54,067 nucleotides of DNA. Origin: a virus (Duplodnaviria > Caudoviricetes). The position numbers and the translations under genes are program-made. Location: the IMG/VR virus record IMGVR_UViG_3300022178_002236, positions 1 to 54,067 of that record. One strand, written 5' to 3'. Below are positions 16,723 through 25,670 of the stretch, in pieces. The notes beneath the pieces are model-generated. The model worked only from the letters and a program-made list of their open reading frames with translations. It ran no database searches and was not told where the DNA came from. How positions within the stretch are numbered: the first letter of the stretch is position 1; every line of letters starts with the position of its first letter.

Positions 16723-19586
16723 TGACAATGTTCGGCTCACAATGGCTGGCTAACGCTGGAGCGGACTACGAGATAAGTCAGTCTATTCGTTTTAATGACG
16801 ATGATTCTGCTTTTTTAGCCAGAACGCCTCTCGCCTCTAATCGTAAAACATGGACTTTTTCAGCTTGGGTTAAACGAGCAGACCTTTTTAACGGCTCTGT
16901 TCCCCAAATTATTTTGTCGGCTGGTGACGGTGGCAGTAACGATTTCATTATGCAGTTCGGTCAGTCGGACGACACATTGCGAATTTCCGATTATGAGGGT
17001 AGCACTCAGAGCAATCTAATTACATCGCAGCGTTTTAGAGATGTTAGTGCTTGGTATCATTTCGCTCTTGTTTACGATACCACGCAAGGAACAGAGGCTA
17101 ATCGCATCAAACTTTACGTAAACGGCTCACAGGTCACGGCGTTTGGAACTGAAACTTACCCAAGCCAAAACAATGATCTTGTAATTAACTCTGCTATTGC
17201 CCACAACATTGGGCGAGGTGCCTATAGCAGCAATGGTTATTTTAGTGGGTACATAGCTGAGATAAATTTTGTAGACGGGACAGCAAAATCTCCAACAGAT
17301 TTTGGTGAGTATAACGACGATGGTGTGTGGATTCCGAAGAAGTACAGCGGTGCTTACGGAACCAACGGCTACTACCTCACAGGTGCTGATTCTACCGCCC
17401 TCGGAGAAGACGTTAGAATCTCTGGAGATCAGGTAATTAGCTATGCCGCATCTCAGTATACTGGTGCGACAGGCAGCTACACTTACAGTAATGGTCGTCT
17501 TGAAGCGGACACAGACAACAAGGCGATAAGAACTGCTGATACGTTTACCGGAGACTTTGAATTTTCGTGGCGCTACAACAATATGGCTAACTTTGTCATT
17601 GGTGTGTACGAAACCGGCGAAGACGGAACTTTTAGTGACAGTTCATCTGCTGGCAACATGCAAAACATGACTGATAGTTGGTACATACAGACATCATCGG
17701 TATCTGCTAACAGAGATATTTTTTATGGCGGGGCTGTTCAGGTAAACGCTACGACAATCGCTGATGGCGACACTTGGAAAATGACCCGTAGCAGCGGGAC
17801 AATTAAACTTATTCGTAATGGCTCTGATGTCCATACGTTCTCTCAAACAAGCACAAACACTGTTCGTATTGCGATAGCTCAAGGGGATGCCGCAGCCGAT
17901 CTTGGTCAAGTTGTTTGGGTAGACAATTCAACACTAGGAAATAACTTTTTTAGCAGTGGCCTAGCAGCGGCGGATCAGAAGTCAGATACGCCGACTTTGA
18001 ACGCATCAACCCTCAATCCATTGTGGGCAGGGGCAGGACTGTCAGATGGCAATCTGGTCGCTACTGCAACTGGCAATTCTTATCAAAGAGCCATAAGCAC
18101 TTTTGCAATTGACGATGGTGGAAAATATGCTTGTGAGTTTCAAAAATCATCAGGAACATTTGGCCTGATTGGTATTATGCAATTAGGAAATAATACCGTT
18201 ACGAGCGGCAATTCCAATATGTATGGCTACAATGTAGGAACTGGCGAAATTTTTAAAGGCAATCCTACAGCTAGTGTACTAATTGATCTTGGGGCTGGCG
18301 CAGCTAACAGCTTAATGCGTGTTGAATATGATAGTAGTGCCGACACAATTAAGATATTTGATGACGGCGTGGAGATATTTCCCGCTGCCACAGGCGTAAG
18401 TAATACGGTTGGCCTGACGGGACAAAACTCGCTCCACTTTGGTTGTGCGCCGTATGGCTCTGGCACAGTTATTACAGCAACTTTCCAAGGCTTGAGCGGC
18501 ACACCAACGGCAGATTTTAAAGAGTTGACAAGTGCCAACCTTGCCACACCATCAATCAAAGATGGGTCCGAGTATTTTCATCCACAACTTTACACTGGCA
18601 ACGGCAGCAGCGGCCTAGCTATTACAAACGCCGCAAACGCCGGAGATTTTGAAGCGGACCTTCTCATTCTCGCACCCCGATCTAACGGTGATAATAAAGT
18701 CTGGTTTGATGATGTACGAGGCACAACCTCACGGATTTATTCCAATAAAGCTGATCCGGCAGATGTAGATGGCACCGCGCAGCTTACGTTTGAGAGTAAC
18801 GGATTTGATCTAGACACGACAGATGTAAACTTTAACGGGTCAGGTAGAACCTATGTCGCGTGGCAATGGAAAAAAGGAGCAACCCCCGGTTTTGATATTG
18901 TCCAGTACACGGGCAACAAAACCAACCGCACAATTTCGCATTCGTTAGGAGTTGCCCCAGAGTGGATTGTTATTAAAGACTATTCAAATACTGAAAGTTG
19001 GAATGTTGGTCACAATTCGATTGGCTGGACAAAAAACCTTTTTCTCAATCTGACTAACGGTGAGGCAAGCAGTTCTACGATTTGGCAAGACACTGCGCCA
19101 ACAAGTTCTGTTTTCTCAATCGGAACAAGCGACGGTGTAAACAAAGTTGGATCGCACATAGCGTACCTTTGGGCATCGGTTGCTGGATTTTCAAAGTTTG
19201 GTTCCTACACAGGAAATGGAAATGTAGACGGGCCTTTTGTTTATACCGGCTTTAAACCCCGTTGGGTTATGATAAAAAGCACTGGAACAGAAAGCTGGCC
19301 GATTTTGGACACAGCCCGAGGTAGCGGAAACTTTGGGTCTGCGGCTGGCGCAAATGGTAATAGCCCTACAGCGGGCAACGACATGAACGCAGTTCTTGTT
19401 ATGAGCACCAACAACGCAGAAGAAGATAACGCTGCTGGATCGCGCCGTGCTTCATATCTGTCTAACGGTTTCAAAGTGAGAACGACTAACAGCGCCATGA
19501 ATAGTAGTGGTCAAAAATATGTGTTCATGGCCTTCGCAGAGCATCCGTTTGGCGGTGACGGCGCAGCGCCAGCGACAGCAAGATAG
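16722..19586 (+). CDS. Receptor-binding/tail protein with LamG (ConA-like) and SPRY-like modules
   Basis: SIRFNDDDS, KTWTFSAWVKR, FRDVSAWYH, repeated YTGNG, TGFKPRWVMIK, AFAEHPF. Confidence 0.8.
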   Translation: MTMFGSQWLANAGADYEISQSIRFNDDDSAFLARTPLASNRKTWTFSAWVKRADLFNGSVPQIILSAGDGGSNDFIMQFGQSDDTLRISDYEGSTQSNLITSQRFRDVSAWYHFALVYDTTQGTEANRIKLYVNGSQVTAFGTETYPSQNNDLVINSAIAHNIGRGAYSSNGYFSGYIAEINFVDGTAKSPTDFGEYNDDGVWIPKKYSGAYGTNGYYLTGADSTALGEDVRISGDQVISYAASQYTGATGSYTYSNGRLEADTDNKAIRTADTFTGDFEFSWRYNNMANFVIGVYETGEDGTFSDSSSAGNMQNMTDSWYIQTSSVSANRDIFYGGAVQVNATTIADGDTWKMTRSSGTIKLIRNGSDVHTFSQTSTNTVRIAIAQGDAAADLGQVVWVDNSTLGNNFFSSGLAAADQKSDTPTLNASTLNPLWAGAGLSDGNLVATATGNSYQRAISTFAIDDGGKYACEFQKSSGTFGLIGIMQLGNNTVTSGNSNMYGYNVGTGEIFKGNPTASVLIDLGAGAANSLMRVEYDSSADTIKIFDDGVEIFPAATGVSNTVGLTGQNSLHFGCAPYGSGTVITATFQGLSGTPTADFKELTSANLATPSIKDGSEYFHPQLYTGNGSSGLAITNAANAGDFEADLLILAPRSNGDNKVWFDDVRGTTSRIYSNKADPADVDGTAQLTFESNGFDLDTTDVNFNGSGRTYVAWQWKKGATPGFDIVQYTGNKTNRTISHSLGVAPEWIVIKDYSNTESWNVGHNSIGWTKNLFLNLTNGEASSSTIWQDTAPTSSVFSIGTSDGVNKVGSHIAYLWASVAGFSKFGSYTGNGNVDGPFVYTGFKPRWVMIKSTGTESWPILDTARGSGNFGSAAGANGNSPTAGNDMNAVLVMSTNNAEEDNAAGSRRASYLSNGFKVRTTNSAMNSSGQKYVFMAFAEHPFGGDGAAPATAR

Positions 19587-19595
19587 GATAAGGTT

Positions 19596-20156
19596 ATGTG
19601 GAAATACTCCGGCAGAACTATTAAGGAACACAAAGCGTGGACCGATGACAACGGCATTACGCACCCTAAGAACTGGCACATCTGGTCGCCCAGTGACAAA
19701 GCCGCTGCTGGTTTAACTGAGGTAACACCGGAGACGCCGCCGGATAGCCGCCTTTACACATGGGGTTATCAGGCTGATGGTGTGACGATCTCTAAGACAG
19801 CGAAAAGTCTGACCGATGTGGGTTTGGTGGATAGCGACGGGAATGCGGTAAACGATGATGATGGCAACCAGATTATGGAACCGGGCGTCCGCTCCCAGCT
19901 AAAGGCTGAAGTAAAGGCGCAACAGGCATCTCTTCTGGCTGAGACAGATTGGGCCATCGTTCGTAAGGCTGATAACAATACCGCTGTTCCAGCTAACATC
20001 CAGACCTATCGCGATGCGATTCGCACCAAAGCAACTGCAATGGAAAGCGCAATTGACGGTGCGGCAAACACTGATGCTGTAGCGGCGCTGTTTGTTACGT
20101 TTGATTCAGAAGGAAATAAGTCTGGTATCCTTTATGATTGGCCGGAGCTTGGCTAA
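19596..20156 (+). CDS. Tail fibre assembly chaperone-like protein
   Basis: LLAETDWAIVR...YRDAIR...WP. Confidence 0.7.
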   Translation: MWKYSGRTIKEHKAWTDDNGITHPKNWHIWSPSDKAAAGLTEVTPETPPDSRLYTWGYQADGVTISKTAKSLTDVGLVDSDGNAVNDDDGNQIMEPGVRSQLKAEVKAQQASLLAETDWAIVRKADNNTAVPANIQTYRDAIRTKATAMESAIDGAANTDAVAALFVTFDSEGNKSGILYDWPELG

Positions 20157-20320
20157 TGGCAACTGTTAAGGATGTTGAAGCCAAATTAAACACACACGAA
20201 GCAGTGTGTGCGGAGAGGTGGAAAGAGACAATCGAGCGGATTAAACGGCTGGAGCTTATTATGATTAGCGCAGCCGGTGCCGTCATCCTGATGATGGCTG
20301 GAATGCTGTGGAAAATGTAG
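20156..20320 (+). CDS. Small coiled-coil protein with C-terminal TM segment
   Basis: HEAVCAERW motif; hydrophobic tail; TAATG coupling. Confidence 0.7.
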   Translation: MATVKDVEAKLNTHEAVCAERWKETIERIKRLELIMISAAGAVILMMAGMLWKM

Positions 20321-20878
20321 ATGTCTGCCCGGTTGATTGCAGCTTTTATACTGGTTGTCGTCTTTGTGGATTTCCTGTTCAGTCTCCCAACCTATGCGGC
20401 TGATACAGTAACGTCAGCCACAGTAAGTAGTTCAACAGTAGTTGATAAAACACCACCTACAGCGTCTAGTCCTTCTATAGTCGTTAACAACAACGACATC
20501 TGTCAGGTCGGAACCAGCGGTGCTCTGCAAACTGGTCTTTTTGGCGTTTCCGGTGGCACAACGACTCGTGACTTAAACTGCGAGAGAATAAAGCTGGCGC
20601 GGTCAGTATTTGGTATGGGGCTGAAAGTCGCGGGCATTAGCATTCTTTGCCAAGAGGTTCGAGTATTTGACGGTCTTTGGATGGCTGGGACACCCTGCCC
20701 GTTTATGGGCAAGATTGGGGACGCGGCGAAACAGGAGTGGGTCAAGAATCCAGAACAGGCACCGGAAGGTTCTATTGTGCGATTGCAGGTAAAAGCGGAA
20801 ACGGCATCTTCGCAGCCTCAACAAGATTCCGAGCACGTTAATTTTCCTGACCAAGAAGAATGGTACGGAGGCGATTGA
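20321..20878 (+). CDS. Cys-containing exported protein of unknown function
   Basis: Signal-peptide-like N-terminus (..TYA/AD); CERIKLAR, ILCQE, MAGTPCP. Confidence 0.75.
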   Translation: MSARLIAAFILVVVFVDFLFSLPTYAADTVTSATVSSSTVVDKTPPTASSPSIVVNNNDICQVGTSGALQTGLFGVSGGTTTRDLNCERIKLARSVFGMGLKVAGISILCQEVRVFDGLWMAGTPCPFMGKIGDAAKQEWVKNPEQAPEGSIVRLQVKAETASSQPQQDSEHVNFPDQEEWYGGD

Positions 20879-22233
20879 TGCGTTGGCTGATTGCATTTCT
20901 GCTTATGTCGTCTTCTGCGTTGGCGGAAACTGTAACGACGACCAATGTCCTTCCTAATATGTCCGCGTTTACGACGAGTGGGTCAACGACATCTGATGGT
21001 TCTGCAAGAGGCTGTTCTGCCGGGGAGTTTTGCACAGGTAACGCTACGGCGGGTGGCGGCACTTATACGAGCACGTTTGACGTTCCATTGACCGAGGACG
21101 AGGTTCGCAGAGGCTTTACCCTCAACAGCGCGGTTACCGTGGACAGTCATCCTAGCAACGCCACGCTATCCACTTGTACCAGCATCACGCAGGGCGGCGA
21201 TTGCCGCGATATTTTTAACCTAACGGTAGCGTTGTTTGATGTCACAAATACAGTAGTTGAGAAGTTTGAGCGTCAGGTTGAATTAGATTTTAGTGGTCTT
21301 CGCACATTTGATTTCACGGATACCGTTCAAGAAAACAGCTTCAGCATACTTACGGGGGAGTTTGAGCTATTCGGCGTGGATGCCGGGTTTCACTCTGGAT
21401 TTTTCGGACCTAAATTCTCGCAGCCTTCGCTTACGTTTACGCATGAACAGGTAGTAGAGCAGCAAATTTTAGACCAGATTGTGCAGAACGATGTAATAGC
21501 GTCTGCGCCTCCGGTTCAGATTAACGTGCCTCCTCCTCCAGTTGACTTGCCGCCACCGCCAGCAGCGGCCCCAATCGCTGTTGCCGTTGCGCCGCAAGCT
21601 CCATCTGCGCCACCTCCCCCTCCAGAGATAGCGCCCATTCAAATTGATCTGCCGCCACCTCCTATGGAACAGCAGCAACAGGAATCACGGGCAGAGGCGA
21701 CTATTGAAGCTCAAATAGAGCAGGATATAGCGCCTCCCCCTGTAGAACAGCCTCGCGCACGAGAGCCGGAACCTGAGCCGGAACCGGAACCCGAGCAACC
21801 GCAGCAGTCTTCTGAACGGGAGCCGGAACCAGAGGGACAGTCAGCAGAAGCGCAGCCAGAGCCTCGACCCTCTGAGACTGAACCAGAACCGGAGCCTTCG
21901 GTAGAACCCCCGGCAGAGACTAGAGAGGCGCAAGCTCCTCCAAAGCCCAAGAGCCGACAGGAAAAGGTTAAAGCGGCGGCTGAAAAGGCGGTTGCAAAGA
22001 TAGCTCCGTCGCAGAGATACTCAGCAGCATCACAAACCACCACTATGGTGGCTATGGGTATGATATCACCTAAGATTGCAGCACCATTAGCATTGGTTGA
22101 TACACCCGGTTTCTTTACAGGTGCAAAAGTTCCTGATGGGCCTTCTTTGGTAGACAGGATGCAGAATTACACCTTGTTCGGCAAATCAAACGGGTCGCAC
22201 AACGCTCTCGTAGAGCTTGATTGGAAACGCTGA
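20878..22233 (+). CDS. Exported protein with Pro/Glu-rich extended linker
   Basis: MRWLIAFLLMSSSALA signal peptide; beta domain with 4 Cys; (EP)n/Pro tract; TGATG coupling. Confidence 0.75.
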   Translation: MRWLIAFLLMSSSALAETVTTTNVLPNMSAFTTSGSTTSDGSARGCSAGEFCTGNATAGGGTYTSTFDVPLTEDEVRRGFTLNSAVTVDSHPSNATLSTCTSITQGGDCRDIFNLTVALFDVTNTVVEKFERQVELDFSGLRTFDFTDTVQENSFSILTGEFELFGVDAGFHSGFFGPKFSQPSLTFTHEQVVEQQILDQIVQNDVIASAPPVQINVPPPPVDLPPPPAAAPIAVAVAPQAPSAPPPPPEIAPIQIDLPPPPMEQQQQESRAEATIEAQIEQDIAPPPVEQPRAREPEPEPEPEPEQPQQSSEREPEPEGQSAEAQPEPRPSETEPEPEPSVEPPAETREAQAPPKPKSRQEKVKAAAEKAVAKIAPSQRYSAASQTTTMVAMGMISPKIAAPLALVDTPGFFTGAKVPDGPSLVDRMQNYTLFGKSNGSHNALVELDWKR

Positions 22234-22234
22234 C

Positions 22235-22771
22235 ATGGCTGAAGTTGAATTTGCAGGTGTTAAGTTTAAAGGCGGCAAGATGGTGGCCGTATTTCTTGCG
22301 TTATCTACGCTGGTTGGTGGCTTATATGGCGCGTTTGAAGTGTACAAAGACTACGAAAGCATGAAGAAAAAAATAGCCAGCTATTCGGCTCCTGATCTTT
22401 CAGGCATACGACAAGAGTTAGCGGTGCAAAACGAAACCGTTGAAGCAGTAAGAAAGGAGATGGCGTCGGTTCGGCTTCGTGTTAGCGAGATACAAGAAAT
22501 TGCCCGAGATTTAAGGGAAGACCAGCGCAGCGATAGCAGTAAAGTGTACGGGGCTATTAGTGCTGTAGACAGACGTTCTCGCGATGCTGACGCTGATACA
22601 CGCTCGGCAATGAGGCAAGCAGAGAAGACCCTGCGCGATATAACATCCTCTGCTTCCGATAGATTTGACGGCAAAATCAACAGCGTTGATGCTAAACTCG
22701 ACGCCTTAGAAGATCGATTAAACAAGACGCTTCAGAGGGCGTTGGACAATCCGTTATTAAAAGGAAAATAA
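22235..22771 (+). CDS. Membrane-anchored coiled-coil protein
   Basis: N-terminal TM segment, long heptad region, C-terminal ALDNPL. Confidence 0.75.
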   Translation: MAEVEFAGVKFKGGKMVAVFLALSTLVGGLYGAFEVYKDYESMKKKIASYSAPDLSGIRQELAVQNETVEAVRKEMASVRLRVSEIQEIARDLREDQRSDSSKVYGAISAVDRRSRDADADTRSAMRQAEKTLRDITSSASDRFDGKINSVDAKLDALEDRLNKTLQRALDNPLLKGK

Positions 22772-22772
22772 A

Positions 22773-22997
22773 ATGGCTGACGAGAAAGTAGACAACATTC
22801 CAGATAAGGAAGCATACCAGATTAATCGCCGACTTATGTGTTGGGCTGCGCTTGCGTTAATGGGTGTTACTGTAGGTTTTGTCCTAATAAATCCATCGTC
22901 GTATAGTAATGCTCCAATAGGTCCAATCTTTTATGGGCTATCTGGATTAGTCGCGGTATATTTTGGTGCCACTAGTTTCACTCAAGCAAAGAAGTGA
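22773..22997 (+). CDS. Two-TM membrane protein (holin-like)
   Basis: RRLMCWAAL and GLVAVYFGAT hydrophobic segments. Confidence 0.6.
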   Translation: MADEKVDNIPDKEAYQINRRLMCWAALALMGVTVGFVLINPSSYSNAPIGPIFYGLSGLVAVYFGATSFTQAKK

Positions 22998-23013
22998 TGT
23001 TTCACGTGAAACA
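22998..23013. promoter_or_regulatory. parS: parS centromere-like site
   Basis: TGTTTCACGTGAAACA, exact canonical chromosomal parS palindrome, intergenic. Confidence 0.85.
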
Positions 23014-23027
23014 TTTTTAGGTGCTAG

Positions 23028-25352
23028 ATGCTACAGAAATTGACCTTCAAGCCCGGAATAAATAAAGACCTTACCCGATACGCTGGTGAGGGCAGTTGGT
23101 TTGACTGTGATAAAGTTAGATTTGTAAATGGACTACCTCAAAAAATGGGTGGTTGGGTTAAAATTAACTCGACAGCATTTTCTGGGGTTTGTCGCTCTCT
23201 GTTTAACTGGTCAACTCTTAGCGGCCAAGACTTAATGGGTATAGGAACCTCGAAAAAGTTAATACTTGAAGAGGGTGGCGGAATACATAATGTGACGCCT
23301 TTGAGAATATCAAATTTCACCCTTGGCTCTAACCCATTCCAGACCTTAACTTCTGGCACAGGAACTTTGAATGTTACTCATACTGGGCATGGCGCTGCGG
23401 TAGGAGACACTGTAATTTTTGCTGCGGCTGCCACTTTTGATGGAATTACGGCTGCTCAAATAAATACTGCTCATGTCATTACGCAAATAATTGACTCAAA
23501 CAATTATTACATAGTGACAACCGGTTCGTCGTCTTCTGGCTCTACGGCTGGGGGTGGCTCGTCTGTTTTAGCTTCTTACGAAATTACGGTTGGCGCGGCG
23601 ACGAGTGATTCAGGAGGTCTTGGTTGGGGCGCAGGTCTTTTTGGCGGTACTGTTTCTGGTAAAACAACAACAACGCTCTCTGGTGGTATTAACGATTCAG
23701 CCACAACTATTCCTCTGACAAGCGCTACGGGCTTTGACACGGCTTCGACAACGCTATCAGCGATCTTGCAAATCGGTGACGGGGAAATGAGTGTTGCGTC
23801 GGTCTCCGGCCTTCCTTGGATTGGTATAGTAAAGATTGGTACTGAGCAGATTAAGTACGAGAACGTAGATACCACTAACAATAAAATTTCTTCTTTAACT
23901 CGTGGTTTTAACGGGACAACGGAGGCAGCGCATTCTTCAAGCGCTTCGGTTACTTATGTCGGAACCATCGTGATTGACAACGAGATTATTACATACACTG
24001 GCGTCTCGACTAATGACCTGACAAGTGCTGTGCGCGGTCAGCTTGGCACTGATAATGTTGCTCACGATTCCGGTGCAACAGTTGTCGAATCAAACGAGTT
24101 TGTTGGTTGGGGTTCGGGGGTGCCGGTGGAGACAGGCACAACCGAGACTATAACCGTTCGTCTATGGCGTCAGGACAACTTTGGTGAAGATTTGTTAGCC
24201 AACATTTACGGTGGCGGTATTTATTACTGGGACGCAAGCTCGGGTTTCGGTAACAGGGCAGTGGAGCTTTCTAGTCTTTCCGGTTCCTCCGGTTGCCCTA
24301 CAGCAGCGCGTGTTATCCTTGTTTCAGACAATGACAGGCATGTTGTTGCCCTTGGCACCACCGATCTATCGAGTGGAGGATTTGATCCTCTTTTAATACG
24401 TTGGGGTGATCAGGAGTCCTTAACTCAGTGGACCCCCTCGACGACAAATACAGCCGGTGATCTTAGAATCAATAATGGCTCAGAGATTATTACTGCGCTT
24501 GAGAACAGACAAGAAATACTCGTTTGGACAGACAGAAGCCTTCATTCTCTAAGATTTGTAGGCTCACCCTTTATTTTTGGTCAAACCCTTCTTTCTCAAA
24601 ATGTCACAATTATAGGCCCAAATGCCCATGTGGCAGTCGGGGATACGGCGTTTTGGATGGGTACAAATAATTTCTATGCATACGATGGTCGTGTAACGTC
24701 AATACCGTGCTCTGTACGCAATTTTGTTTTCCAAAACATGAATTTCGGTCAACGCAATAAGTTCTTTGCGGGCAGCAATTACGAGTTTGGGGAAGTTATA
24801 TGGTTCTACGTTTCGAGTGACGCGACAGAAATTGATAAGTACGTCATATACAATTTTGTTGAAAAGGCTTGGTATACAGGTTCTCTTGAAAGAACAGCTT
24901 GGATAGATCGAAGCCAGCGAGAGTTTCCGAATGCCGCAAGCTCTGATGGATTCTTGTACTCGCACGATAATGGATTTGATGATGGGAGTCAGAATCCTCC
25001 AGCACCCATAACAGCTTTTATAGAAAGTTCTGATTTTGAAATTGGAGACGGGGATAGGCTTCAGTTTGCCTCTAGAGTAATTCCCGATTTGAGCTTTAAC
25101 GGATCGTCTGCTTCGGCCCCTGCCGCAACCTTTTCTTTTCTCCCGCGTAATTTTCCCGGCCAATCTTTCGGCACATCGTCGTCATCTACGGTAACCGCTA
25201 GTCAGACTGTTGATGTAGAGCAGTTTACAGAACAGGCATTTATAAGACTCAGAGGCAGAGAGATGTCGGTTAAAGTGCAGTCAACCGAAGAGGGCGTGTT
25301 TTGGCGCTTGGGTGCTCCGCGCATAGATATTCGACCTGATGGGAGAAGATAG
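23028..25352 (+). CDS. Tail nozzle / DNA stabilisation protein (P22 gp10 / T7 gp12-like)
   Basis: KPGINKD, DKVRF, W.QDNFGEDL, IRWGDQE, WRLGAPRIDIRPDGRR. Confidence 0.8.
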   Translation: MLQKLTFKPGINKDLTRYAGEGSWFDCDKVRFVNGLPQKMGGWVKINSTAFSGVCRSLFNWSTLSGQDLMGIGTSKKLILEEGGGIHNVTPLRISNFTLGSNPFQTLTSGTGTLNVTHTGHGAAVGDTVIFAAAATFDGITAAQINTAHVITQIIDSNNYYIVTTGSSSSGSTAGGGSSVLASYEITVGAATSDSGGLGWGAGLFGGTVSGKTTTTLSGGINDSATTIPLTSATGFDTASTTLSAILQIGDGEMSVASVSGLPWIGIVKIGTEQIKYENVDTTNNKISSLTRGFNGTTEAAHSSSASVTYVGTIVIDNEIITYTGVSTNDLTSAVRGQLGTDNVAHDSGATVVESNEFVGWGSGVPVETGTTETITVRLWRQDNFGEDLLANIYGGGIYYWDASSGFGNRAVELSSLSGSSGCPTAARVILVSDNDRHVVALGTTDLSSGGFDPLLIRWGDQESLTQWTPSTTNTAGDLRINNGSEIITALENRQEILVWTDRSLHSLRFVGSPFIFGQTLLSQNVTIIGPNAHVAVGDTAFWMGTNNFYAYDGRVTSIPCSVRNFVFQNMNFGQRNKFFAGSNYEFGEVIWFYVSSDATEIDKYVIYNFVEKAWYTGSLERTAWIDRSQREFPNAASSDGFLYSHDNGFDDGSQNPPAPITAFIESSDFEIGDGDRLQFASRVIPDLSFNGSSASAPAATFSFLPRNFPGQSFGTSSSSTVTASQTVDVEQFTEQAFIRLRGREMSVKVQSTEEGVFWRLGAPRIDIRPDGRR
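23155..23170. repeat. Dispersed palindrome copy 3 (GGGTTA-AAAT-TAACTC, 1 mismatch)
   Basis: Inside CDS (WVKINS). Confidence 0.6.
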
Positions 25353-25660
25353 TGGCGTCTTCTGTTCAAAGGAGTCAGATACAATCGTTTACCCTGCCTA
25401 CACCTACGTCTGGGTATTCCACTGAATACATGAACTCTTTGGTTAGAACCTTAGAGATTTTCTTTCAAAGGGAGCAAGAAACAGGTAACATTAGGGGGTC
25501 AACGCTTATATTGACATCTCTGCCGACTGAAGTTGCAGACCTTAGGGTCGGTGATGTTTATGTTGATGAGGACGGCTTTTTGAAAGTCGCCCGGTCTGAA
25601 GACAATTTTACTTCCGCCTTGGCGGGTGCTGTTGGCTCGGTAACGGTAAGTACTTCTTAG
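25352..25660 (+). CDS. Hypothetical tail protein
   Basis: LPTP..GY, LVRTLEIFF, GDVY...GFLKV; C-terminal GAVGSVTVS; GTG start. Confidence 0.7.
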   Translation: MASSVQRSQIQSFTLPTPTSGYSTEYMNSLVRTLEIFFQREQETGNIRGSTLILTSLPTEVADLRVGDVYVDEDGFLKVARSEDNFTSALAGAVGSVTVSTS

Positions 25661-25670
25661 GAGTTTTTTG

